This document shows positions 46,007 through 54,304 of a stretch of 64,000 bases of DNA, piece by piece. Within the stretch, counting starts at the first letter, position 1; every line of letters begins with the position of its first letter. The notes beneath the pieces are model-generated. The model saw only the letters and a program-made list of their open reading frames with translations, searched no databases and was not told the DNA's origin. This DNA comes from Bacteroidota bacterium (lineage in GTDB: Bacteria; Bacteroidota; Ignavibacteria; UBA10030; UBA6906), in contig JAHBUR010000008.1 in NCBI GenBank assembly GCA_019637975.1, forward strand, positions 77,169-141,168. The letters are read 5' to 3'. Made by a program: the position numbers and the translations under genes.

Positions 46007-47131
46007 TCATCGTACCTTGAACGTTGCGAGACTGAGAATCATCAACAGTATCGCAACGATATAGAATCGTGTTACAATTTTCGGTTCCGGCCACCCGAGC
46101 ATTTCAAAATGGTGATGCAGCGGGGCCATTTTGAAGACGCGACGGCCTTCCCCGTATTTCTTTTTTGTGTATTTGAAATACACCCGCTGGATGATAACCG
46201 AAAGTGTCTCCACAAAGAACACGCCGCCGAGCGTCGGCAGCAGAAGCTCTTTCTTGATCAAAACACACATTGCCCCGATGGCACCGCCGAGCGCCAGCGA
46301 GCCGGTATCACCCATAAATACTTGCGCGGGATAGGCATTAAACCAGAGAAAGCCCAGGGCCGCTCCCGCCATTGCCGCGCAGAACACTGCCAGCTCGCCG
46401 TTGCCGCGCAGAAATGGGATTGTCAGATAGTTGCTTAATACCGCGTTGCCCGAGATATAACTTATGACGGCAAGCGTGAGAGCAACGATTGCCGTTGTTC
46501 CGATCGCAAGCCCGTCGAGCCCGTCCGTCAGGTTCACGGCATTCGATGTCGCAACAATCACGAAGATCACCATCGGAACGTACAGCAGCCCGAAATCGAA
46601 CTCCATATTCTTGAAGAACGGAACGGTTGACGACGAATTGATCTTCCACAACTCCGGGTCGATCCAGTGGGGATAGAAATAGATCACCCCCCCGACAACC
46701 AATCCGACGAACACCTGACCGACAATCTTGTATCTGCCGATCAGTCCCTTCGGTTTCTTCTTGACAACCTTCATGTAGTCATCCAGAAACCCGACCACGC
46801 CGAGCGTTACAGTCACAAAAATGATGAGCTGGATATAGACATTTGTCAGCGTGCCCCACAACAGAGTCGGAATAATGATGGCAGAAAGAACGATCAGGCC
46901 GCCCATTGTCGGCGTTCCCGCTTTTGTCAAATGGGTTTTCGGTGCTTCAAGCTTCGCCGATTCGCCGATTTGTCGCCGCTTCAGCGCGGCGATGATCTTC
47001 GGGCCAAGCCAGAAGGCGATAAGCAACGCGGTGATTGCCGCTGCCGCTGCGCGAAATGTGATAAAGCGAACCACTCCAAAGCCGGGCGGATGGTACACTT
47101 TGTCGATTATGTCGAACAGATACGTCAGCAT
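46007..47131 (-). CDS. mraY: phospho-N-acetylmuramoyl-pentapeptide-transferase
   Basis: MraY motifs (NAVNLTDGLDGLA; DTGSLALGG). 10 TM. Confidence 0.95.
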   Translation of the reverse strand: MLTYLFDIIDKVYHPPGFGVVRFITFRAAAAAITALLIAFWLGPKIIAALKRRQIGESAKLEAPKTHLTKAGTPTMGGLIVLSAIIIPTLLWGTLTNVYIQLIIFVTVTLGVVGFLDDYMKVVKKKPKGLIGRYKIVGQVFVGLVVGGVIYFYPHWIDPELWKINSSSTVPFFKNMEFDFGLLYVPMVIFVIVATSNAVNLTDGLDGLAIGTTAIVALTLAVISYISGNAVLSNYLTIPFLRGNGELAVFCAAMAGAALGFLWFNAYPAQVFMGDTGSLALGGAIGAMCVLIKKELLLPTLGGVFFVETLSVIIQRVYFKYTKKKYGEGRRVFKMAPLHHHFEMLGWPEPKIVTRFYIVAILLMILSLATFKVR

Positions 47132-48528
47132 TATGCTCTGCTCTTCAACCGTTCTTGAAGAAATGTGACGATGTCCTCCATCTTCATGCTGCGCGAGCCC
47201 TTCACCAGAACCGCATCGCCCGGGCTTACAAGCTCGGCAAGGTATTCCGCGAGCATGTTCTTCTGTTCATAATGGAATTTGAATGTTACCGTTGCCGCAT
47301 CATGAATATGCCGGGCCTGCTCGCCGAATGTAAGAAGGTATTCAACGGGTATTGACGACAGTGATTTTCCGACGCGGGTGTGTTCGTGAAATGCACGTTC
47401 ACCCAGTTCTTTCATATCTGCAAGGACGGCGATTCTCTTGCCTGCAACCCGGGCGGCGCCGAGAACACGTAGCGCCTCGAGTGTCGAATCGGAATTTGCG
47501 TTATACGTATCGTTGTACACGTTTACGCCACCGAACTCGTGAACTTCCATTCGCTTTCCCACGGGCCTGAATGATTCCAAGGCTGACTTTATTTTCCCGG
47601 CCGGTACTTTGAACGTGAGCCCTACCGCTGCAGCCGAGAGGGCATTCAGGGCATTGTGTTTTCCCGGGATGGGCAAACGGGTTTTCGTTTCTGTTTTCGC
47701 GCTTCGTGCTCCAAAGCTGAAATGCACGCAACCCTTTTCATCAGTATTCAGAATGCTACCGCGAACAGAAGCCGCCCGCGTGCTGAAGCCGTATGTGACT
47801 TTCGTTTTCAACGATTTCGCCTTTGCAACAACATGCTTGTCGTCCAGATTGACAAATGCAACAGAGCCTTTCCGTGAGGTCAGGTTCTTGAACAGGAACG
47901 TCTCCTCCTTTGCCACGCCCGCCAGAGTCTTGAAGAACTCCAGGTGTTCGTGACCGACATTCGTCACGAGTCCGTGTGTCGGCTCAAGAATGTTGCACAG
48001 GTATGCGATCTCGCCCGGATGATTCGTTCCGATTTCAATCACAGCAATCTGGTGTTTGTTTCCCAGCCTGAACAGCGTTTGCGGAACGCCGATATGATTG
48101 TTGAGATTGCCGTCCGTGCTCAGCACGGTGTATTTTGTGCCGAGAACGCTTGTCACCATTTCCTTTGTTGTGGTCTTTCCGTTGCTGCCGGCGATCGCAA
48201 GCACCGGAATCCCGAATTTCATCCGGTAGAGCCGGGCTAACTCGCCGAGCGCATGAACGGTGTTGTGAACCACCAACAGCGGCATCGTCTTCACCGGGTC
48301 AATGTTGGCCGACGACTCGACGACAGCAACTTCGCAACCACGTTCGAAGGCCCCGGCCAGGAACTTGTGTCCGTCAAAATTCTCCCCCTTAATGGCAAAG
48401 AAGACCTCTCCTTCCCGAACGGATCTCGAATCGGTGGAGACGCCCGTGATTTTTCCTCCCTTCAACTTCTCCGCGTTGCGAAATTCAATGTGCGAAATGT
48501 GGCGGAGTTCACCGGGAGAGAGTTTCAC
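47131..48528 (-). CDS. murF: UDP-N-acetylmuramoyl-tripeptide--D-alanyl-D-alanine ligase
   Basis: Mur ligase P-loop GSNGKTTTKEM and the MurF-type N-terminus. Confidence 0.9.
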   Translation of the reverse strand: MKLSPGELRHISHIEFRNAEKLKGGKITGVSTDSRSVREGEVFFAIKGENFDGHKFLAGAFERGCEVAVVESSANIDPVKTMPLLVVHNTVHALGELARLYRMKFGIPVLAIAGSNGKTTTKEMVTSVLGTKYTVLSTDGNLNNHIGVPQTLFRLGNKHQIAVIEIGTNHPGEIAYLCNILEPTHGLVTNVGHEHLEFFKTLAGVAKEETFLFKNLTSRKGSVAFVNLDDKHVVAKAKSLKTKVTYGFSTRAASVRGSILNTDEKGCVHFSFGARSAKTETKTRLPIPGKHNALNALSAAAVGLTFKVPAGKIKSALESFRPVGKRMEVHEFGGVNVYNDTYNANSDSTLEALRVLGAARVAGKRIAVLADMKELGERAFHEHTRVGKSLSSIPVEYLLTFGEQARHIHDAATVTFKFHYEQKNMLAEYLAELVSPGDAVLVKGSRSMKMEDIVTFLQERLKSRA

Positions 48529-50030
48529 CTGTTCTCCCCGATAAATGATTTCACTTCTTCCCGATCATCAAAATGGGATTTCGTATCGCCGACAATCTGA
48601 TAATCTTCGTGTCCTTTTCCCGCTATCAGCACAATGTCGTTCTTTTGTGCCATCATCAGGGCTGACGAGATTGCCTTGCGCCGATCGGGTTCAATGGCAA
48701 TCTGTTTTCCCGCGACGCATCCGGCCTTGATTTCCGCGATGATATCCTCCGGATTCTCCCGACGCGGATTATCCGACGTAATCACCGTTACGTCGCTCAA
48801 TTCCGTGGCAATGCGTCCCATGTGGGGGCGTTTGCTTCTGTCCCGATTTCCGCCGCAGCCGAAGACGGTGATGATTCTGCCTGAATTCGACGAGCCGATC
48901 TCTCGAATGGTTCGAAGGCATTTCTCCAATGCATCCGGTGTATGGGCGTAGTCAACGATGGCGATCCATCCTTTCGGAGAGGCAAACTGCTGAAAGCGCC
49001 CGGGTACGGCTTTCAGACCGGCAACGCCTTGTCGAATCAAGTCATGGTCAATCGATAATGCGACGCCTGTGGTGTACGCCGCAAGAATGTTCTGCACGTT
49101 GAAACTTCCGATGAGTGTCGATTCGACATTGTATGCTGTATTCCGATAGTTCACCGTACACGATGTTCCGCTCAAGCTCATAGTCAGTCGACTCGCCGTA
49201 ACATCCGCACGTGTTCGAATGCCGTATTTCAGCGGTCGCGCCTTTGTATCGGCAATGATCCTCTCCCCGTCGCTGCTGTCAGCATTGGCGATTGCGGTCG
49301 CTTCAGCATCCAATTGATCGAACAGAATCTTCTTCGCCTTGAAATACTCATCTATTGTTTGATGGAAGTCGAGATGATCCTGTGTCAGGTTTGTGAAGAC
49401 GGCGGCTGTGAATGTCAATCCGAATACGCGACGCAATGCCAGTGCGTGTGACGAAACTTCCATTACCGCCGCAGTACAGCCCTTCTGCACCATCGTTGCG
49501 AGCAGCCTGTTCAGATCGGGTGATTCGGGCGTTGTATGTATCGCGGGAAACACTTCGTTGCCAATTCTGTATTCGATTGTTCCTATCAATCCGGTTTTCT
49601 CTCCGTTCGCTTCAAGAATCGAGCGGATCAAGTACGCTGTTGAGGTTTTTCCGTTCGTCCCCGTAACACCGACAAGCCTGAGCTTACGTGACGGGTGTTC
49701 ATAATAGTTTCCGGCTATCAACGCCAGCGACTTGCGTGCATCACTGACAACCACCTTGATCACACCCGCATGCATGAAGAATGCATCAGGCAGAGCTGCA
49801 TCGTTTTCCATCACAACAACTTTGGCACCCGCCGAAACCGCGTTGCCGATAAATGCATGGCCGTCAACGCTGCCGCCTCTGATTGCCACGAACAGATCGC
49901 CCGGCCCGACTGCCCGTGAATCATACTGGATGTTCCGCACCTCAACATCGTGTGTAACAACCATTTTCCCGTACATTGTCTGGAACATTTTCTGTACGGA
50001 AACGCCGTCAAGAAGGCGGGAAAGCGTCAT
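48525..50030 (-). CDS. murE: UDP-N-acetylmuramoyl-L-alanyl-D-glutamate--2,6-diaminopimelate ligase
   Basis: GVTGTNGKTSTAYL P-loop and DNPR motif (ITSDNPRRENP). Start ATG overlaps the ftsI TGA (ATGA junction). Confidence 0.9.
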   Translation of the reverse strand: MTLSRLLDGVSVQKMFQTMYGKMVVTHDVEVRNIQYDSRAVGPGDLFVAIRGGSVDGHAFIGNAVSAGAKVVVMENDAALPDAFFMHAGVIKVVVSDARKSLALIAGNYYEHPSRKLRLVGVTGTNGKTSTAYLIRSILEANGEKTGLIGTIEYRIGNEVFPAIHTTPESPDLNRLLATMVQKGCTAAVMEVSSHALALRRVFGLTFTAAVFTNLTQDHLDFHQTIDEYFKAKKILFDQLDAEATAIANADSSDGERIIADTKARPLKYGIRTRADVTASRLTMSLSGTSCTVNYRNTAYNVESTLIGSFNVQNILAAYTTGVALSIDHDLIRQGVAGLKAVPGRFQQFASPKGWIAIVDYAHTPDALEKCLRTIREIGSSNSGRIITVFGCGGNRDRSKRPHMGRIATELSDVTVITSDNPRRENPEDIIAEIKAGCVAGKQIAIEPDRRKAISSALMMAQKNDIVLIAGKGHEDYQIVGDTKSHFDDREEVKSFIGENR

Positions 50031-52195
50031 AGCGCAGCCGTTGCCGCCAGGTTCTTGGGCTCGCATCGCACGCCGATACGGGTACCGACTTTCACTTGTT
50101 CGCCTGCCCGTATTGATTGTGCTGCAACGGTGCCCGACCCTTCGACGCGTACATCAAGCCGGGCCAGTGTCAGCCGGTTAAGCGCACGACGCAATGAAAG
50201 TCCGCGCAAGTCCGGCACTATTGTGTAGTCACCCGCCGCTGTTGCCGTACTGCCGGTTGTGGCAAGCCTGATGGTCTCTCCTCTCGGCACCTTCATGCCG
50301 GGTGCGGGAGTTTGCTTGAGCACCACCGTTCCCTCTCCCGAGGTTTCCACGTTGAATCCTAACGAGGAAAGAACGGTTGTGGCTGCATCGAGGTCAAGGG
50401 TCCGGACATCGGGAGTCGCAACTTGTTCTTTGCTGGGTTCTGTTGGCTTGTGTTGCTGCGCGAACGTGGTTGATGACGTGACCATCTTTTCTGCGATGCC
50501 CTTCACAATCGGTGCGCTCGCAACGCCCCCGTAGTATCCCAATGTTTTCGGATTATCCAACATCACAAGACACACAACGTGCGGATCTTCCGCCGGAAAT
50601 ATCCCGACAAAGGATGCCGTGTAGCTTGACGTGGAGTATTTGCCGTCGAGGATTTTTCTTGACGTTCCGGTTTTACCGGCAACTGCAACCGCTTTTGTTT
50701 GAGCGCCTGTTGCCGTTCCTTTCTCTACAACCCCGCGCAAGAAACTCCGGACGGTATCGGCTGTCGACTTCGAGATCACTCTTCGAATTACCTGCGAGCG
50801 TACCTCGGACAGCACTTCGTTGTGCTCATTCAGAACCTGCTTGAGGATAAACGGCCTCATCAAAGTGCCGCCGTTTGCCAATGCTCCGTATGCTGCTACG
50901 AGCTGCAGCGGGGTGACGCCAACTTCGTAGCCGTATGCCATCGTGTTCAGTGTCGTGCGTGACCATTGAACCGGCTTCTTGAGTTGTCCGTTCACTTCAC
51001 CGGGCAGTTCGAGCCCCGTTGGAATACCGAACCCGAAGTTGCGCGCTGTCGCGTACATGCGTTCCGCGCCGACAAGATCGGACACCTTTGCCATCACGAT
51101 GTTGCTTGACAGTTCGATCGCATCGCGGAACGAAATTGTTCCGTATTTGTGCACGTCGGTAATCGGGGCGGGGCGGCCCCTCACCATGTATTTTCCGTTT
51201 TCCGCAAAGAATTTCTGTTCGGGGGTGACGATGTTGTACTCCAATGCAGCCGAAGCGGTCACAAGCTTGAACACCGATCCGGGTTCGAAGACGTCGGTAA
51301 TAATCCTGTTCCTGCTGGCGGCCGCGTCAATATTCTGATGGCGGTTGGGGTTGATTCCCGGGTAGCTCGCCATGGCAAGGACTTCTCCCGTTTTCGGCTC
51401 GAGCATCACCACCAGCCCGCTTTCGGCATTGTTGCGCTCCACGCCTTTGCGCAATTCTTCTTCTGCAATCGACTGATAGTCAAGGTCAAGTGTAAGCACC
51501 ACGTTGTTGCCGTTCTTCGGTTCGGCACGCGGGTAGTCAACCGTGGGGCGCTTGCGGCCGAGTCCGTCGCGCTGCATAATGATGTACCCGTTTTCCCCCC
51601 TCAACTCTTTGTCGAATGTCAGTTCGATGCCGCTCAGGCCGTTGTGATCGATGTCGGTAAAGCCGAGCACCTGTCCGGCGACGTGGTCGTAGTGGTAGAT
51701 GCGTTTCGGCTCTTCCGTTTCAATTAATCCGTCAAAGTCCTTTGCGTTGATGCGCGAGGAGGTTTGCGGACTTGCCCTCCGCTCAAGCCAGACGAAGCGC
51801 GAGTTCCTTTTTCGCAGCTTGGCAAGATGTTCTTCCCTCTTCGATTCCCCAAACACACGCGCAAGCCTGTCCGCTATCTTTCCTGCATCGTTCCCCACAA
51901 CCTTCGGGTCGGCCGCATATGAAACAGCCATTGTGTTCGAGACGAGAATCTTGCCGTTCCGATCATAGATATTACCCCGCGAAGCAAGCAACGGTACCTT
52001 GACTTCATATTGCTTCCTCGCTATCTCCTTATACCGCGCCGAATCGATAACTTGAATCTGCACGAGTTTCGCTGCCACAACTGCAAAGAAGACGAGAAGC
52101 ACTGCCTTCAGCAGCCGCATTTTCATCAACGAGTCACGAGCCGGATCCGGCTGTTCTGTGGGTTGCTGCGGAGTATTTCGGCTTCTGTTAAACAC
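50027..52195 (-). CDS. ftsI: penicillin-binding protein FtsI-type transpeptidase with two C-terminal PASTA domains
   Basis: N-terminal TM, dimerisation domain, transpeptidase motifs (SxxK region SVFKLVTASAALE; SSN; KTGT). The C-terminal ~130 aa contain two PASTA-like units (PDVRTLDLDAATTVLSSLGFNVE...; VPDLRGLSLRRALNRLTLARLDVRVEGSGTV...). Confidence 0.9.
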   Translation of the reverse strand: MFNRSRNTPQQPTEQPDPARDSLMKMRLLKAVLLVFFAVVAAKLVQIQVIDSARYKEIARKQYEVKVPLLASRGNIYDRNGKILVSNTMAVSYAADPKVVGNDAGKIADRLARVFGESKREEHLAKLRKRNSRFVWLERRASPQTSSRINAKDFDGLIETEEPKRIYHYDHVAGQVLGFTDIDHNGLSGIELTFDKELRGENGYIIMQRDGLGRKRPTVDYPRAEPKNGNNVVLTLDLDYQSIAEEELRKGVERNNAESGLVVMLEPKTGEVLAMASYPGINPNRHQNIDAAASRNRIITDVFEPGSVFKLVTASAALEYNIVTPEQKFFAENGKYMVRGRPAPITDVHKYGTISFRDAIELSSNIVMAKVSDLVGAERMYATARNFGFGIPTGLELPGEVNGQLKKPVQWSRTTLNTMAYGYEVGVTPLQLVAAYGALANGGTLMRPFILKQVLNEHNEVLSEVRSQVIRRVISKSTADTVRSFLRGVVEKGTATGAQTKAVAVAGKTGTSRKILDGKYSTSSYTASFVGIFPAEDPHVVCLVMLDNPKTLGYYGGVASAPIVKGIAEKMVTSSTTFAQQHKPTEPSKEQVATPDVRTLDLDAATTVLSSLGFNVETSGEGTVVLKQTPAPGMKVPRGETIRLATTGSTATAAGDYTIVPDLRGLSLRRALNRLTLARLDVRVEGSGTVAAQSIRAGEQVKVGTRIGVRCEPKNLAATAAL

Positions 52196-52198
52196 GGT

Positions 52199-52702
52199 TT
52201 ACTTGTTGCTGAACTTGTTCAGTTTTCTCTCATCTACATCAAATGCTTGCGCCCGTTTCTCGGGATGCGTCAAGCCGAGCCGGGTTTTTGCCGTATTGCC
52301 GATACTTTCCCAGCCGGATTTCCGGTTGATTTCCGCTTTCAGAACATTGTTGCTGTTGGAAATTTTGTCGTACCGCGTCTGTAGTTGATGAACTTCTACG
52401 ACCAATTGATTCACGGTAATAATGTTGCCGATGTACACCACTATGGCAATGGCCGCGAGAAACAACGCCGTGACGATGTTGAACGTGGAACGCCGCTTCC
52501 TTCGCTCGACCTTCTTGTTCTCCGGGCGAACGGCATACCCGGGGATCTTCGACTGCGGATCGCCGTTGTAAATGCGCCGCGCCGCCGGTTCAGGTGTTGG
52601 CCGTTGAGTCTGCCGCCGAGGTGCTCGTGCGGGGATGTTCGACGCATCTGATTCGGTGCGATGCAACAGGTCTTCCAGGTCACCGGTGTGTTTTCGTTTC
52701 AT
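52199..52702 (-). CDS. ftsL: cell division protein FtsL-like (septum formation initiator)
   Basis: Single TM (IVTALFLAAIAIVVYIG) followed by a coiled coil. Located between rsmH and ftsI. The N-terminal basic extension suggests the true start may be internal. Confidence 0.6.
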   Translation of the reverse strand: MKRKHTGDLEDLLHRTESDASNIPARAPRRQTQRPTPEPAARRIYNGDPQSKIPGYAVRPENKKVERRKRRSTFNIVTALFLAAIAIVVYIGNIITVNQLVVEVHQLQTRYDKISNSNNVLKAEINRKSGWESIGNTAKTRLGLTHPEKRAQAFDVDERKLNKFSNK

Positions 52703-52720
52703 GCTTTCTCGTGCCCCTAT

Positions 52721-53644
52721 TCAATCCGCCAGCTTCTCCGCTGACCTCATCTTTGCGCTTCGAGCTCGCGGGTTTCGCGCAATCTCCCGGTCGGAGGCCA
52801 CTTGAGGTGATTTCGTCAGAATGCGCAACCTCGGACTTACAACCGTGTCGGGTGCATATTTGTGTCCGGAGGGTATTTTTTCGCGCGCCTGCATTCTGAA
52901 GAAATTCTTCACGATACGATCCTCAAGCGAGTGATAGGATATCACCACCAATCGACCTCCGGGCAACAACAATTCCACTGTATCCTCAAGAACCTGCTGC
53001 AGACTTCTCAACTCGTCATTGACTTCTATGCGGATTGCTTGAAACACACGGGCAAGAGTCTTGATGAGGTGCTTCTTGCCGACTGCGGATTCAATAACCG
53101 ACGCAAGTGTTCGCGTTGTGTCGATGTTTCTCGTATCCGCAATGTGCCGGGCAATCCTTCGTGAATTTCTTTCCTCCCCGTACTTCCAAATAACATCAGC
53201 AAGCCGTCGCTCGTCGTACGTATTCACGACATCCCATCCGCTTAAGGCCTGCCCGCGATCCATTCGCATGTCAATCCTCTCATCGCCGCGAAATGAAAAT
53301 CCTTTCTCTTCTTCATCGAATTGAAAGGAGGAGGCTCCCAGGTCGAGAAGCAGTCCGTCAATACATGGGATGCCCCTTGCTGCCAACTCTGACTTCAGGT
53401 TCCGGAAATTTGAATGAACAAACGTTATCTTGTGCGACCACTGCTTCAGTCTTTCCGACGCGTAACGGATTGCATCCTCATCCGCATCAAAACAGAGAAG
53501 CCGGCCATCATCCAGCATTTTGCAAATTTCTTCCGCATGCCCGCCCCCGCCGAGCGTTCCATCAACATAGGTTCCGTTGCGCCCCGTGATGAAAAAGCCA
53601 AGCGCTTCGGTCAGAAGCACCGGTGTGTGGTACGCATCGTTCAC
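52721..53644 (-). CDS. rsmH: 16S rRNA (cytosine1402-N4)-methyltransferase
   Basis: HTPVLLTEAL...YVDGTLGGGGHAEEI SAM motif. Confidence 0.95.
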   Translation of the reverse strand: MNDAYHTPVLLTEALGFFITGRNGTYVDGTLGGGGHAEEICKMLDDGRLLCFDADEDAIRYASERLKQWSHKITFVHSNFRNLKSELAARGIPCIDGLLLDLGASSFQFDEEEKGFSFRGDERIDMRMDRGQALSGWDVVNTYDERRLADVIWKYGEERNSRRIARHIADTRNIDTTRTLASVIESAVGKKHLIKTLARVFQAIRIEVNDELRSLQQVLEDTVELLLPGGRLVVISYHSLEDRIVKNFFRMQAREKIPSGHKYAPDTVVSPRLRILTKSPQVASDREIARNPRARSAKMRSAEKLAD

Positions 53645-54093
53645 ACGTCTTTGTTCTGCAACACTGTTTCCGCAACTTCTTCGTAGCTGCTCTCCTGCGA
53701 AGCAAGATACTTCTTGTATTCATCCGGGTTCCATACCTCGATATGCTCGAGTACGCCCATAATCAGTACTTCGCTTTGTATTGCCGCAAACTGCAGGAGA
53801 TCTTTCGGGATCGTGATGCGCGACTGTCCGTCGAGTTGCGACTCGGCCGCTTGTTGCAACAGCACACGCATAAAGAAGCGGTGCTTTGCATTTGTTGTGG
53901 AGAGCGCCCGAATGGATTGCTCGAGCCTATTCCATTCGTCCTGGGGATAGATGAAGAGACACTTCTCAAAGCCGCGGGTAATGGTAAAGGTGTCGTTGGC
54001 CTCGGGCGAAACGTACTTTCTCAACTTCGCGGGAATGTTGATTCGCCCTTTGTTGTCGATTGAGTACTCGTATGTGCCTTTGAATGCAGACAC
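53641..54093 (-). CDS. mraZ: transcriptional regulator MraZ
   Basis: Duplicated SpoVT/AbrB-like halves (GTYEYSIDNKGRINIPAKLRK; LDGQSRITIPKDLLQFA). GTG start preceded by AAAGAGGAAGAA. Confidence 0.9.
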   Translation of the reverse strand: MSAFKGTYEYSIDNKGRINIPAKLRKYVSPEANDTFTITRGFEKCLFIYPQDEWNRLEQSIRALSTTNAKHRFFMRVLLQQAAESQLDGQSRITIPKDLLQFAAIQSEVLIMGVLEHIEVWNPDEYKKYLASQESSYEEVAETVLQNKDV

Positions 54094-54134
54094 TTCTTCC
54101 TCTTTACTTGTTCAGCCAACAGCAGAGCGGAGGC

Positions 54135-54164
54135 CTCACAATTCCCCACAATTACCCACCGTTG
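54135..54164 (-). promoter_or_regulatory. MraZ operator: three direct GTGGG-type repeats with 10-bp periodicity
   Basis: On the mraZ strand: GTGGG-TAATT-GTGGG-GAATT-GTGAG, about 45-70 nt upstream of the mraZ start. Confidence 0.6.
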
Positions 54165-54170
54165 TGAGGT

Positions 54171-54199
54171 AAGATACGCAAAACAAACGTAAAGTCAAG
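54171..54199 (-). promoter_or_regulatory. sigma70-type Pmra promoter (TTGACT-N17-TATCTT)
   Basis: On the minus strand, TTGACT at 54199-54194, a 17-nt spacer, TATCTT at 54176-54171, immediately upstream of the MraZ repeats. Confidence 0.5.
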
Positions 54200-54304
54200 T
54201 GAAAAATTGTGAATTTAGCCCAAAAACAGCCAAAAACTTCTGCGAATCGTCGTGGGTAAGGTAGCTCGTTCAGTTGGAGAATGGTAGAGGGGAAAAGCGG
54301 AATG

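Noticed and set aside
45421-46438. Long plus-strand ORFs antisense to murD/mraY (171 and 298 aa); similar shadows exist opposite ftsA, ftsZ, the kinase and the P-type ATPase
   Set aside because: These are shadow ORFs typical of GC-rich coding regions. Their products are low-complexity Arg/Ala/Pro-rich with no domains, and the opposite strand carries unambiguous conserved genes.
54262-54304. tRNA-like fragment (TAGCTCGTTCAGTTGGAGAATGGTAGAGG ... GGTTCGGTTTC) between mraZ promoter and mfd
   Set aside because: A cloverleaf cannot be completed: the acceptor and anticodon stems do not pair. The 3' part lies inside the mfd C-terminal coding sequence. The D-loop/T-loop resemblance is treated as chance.
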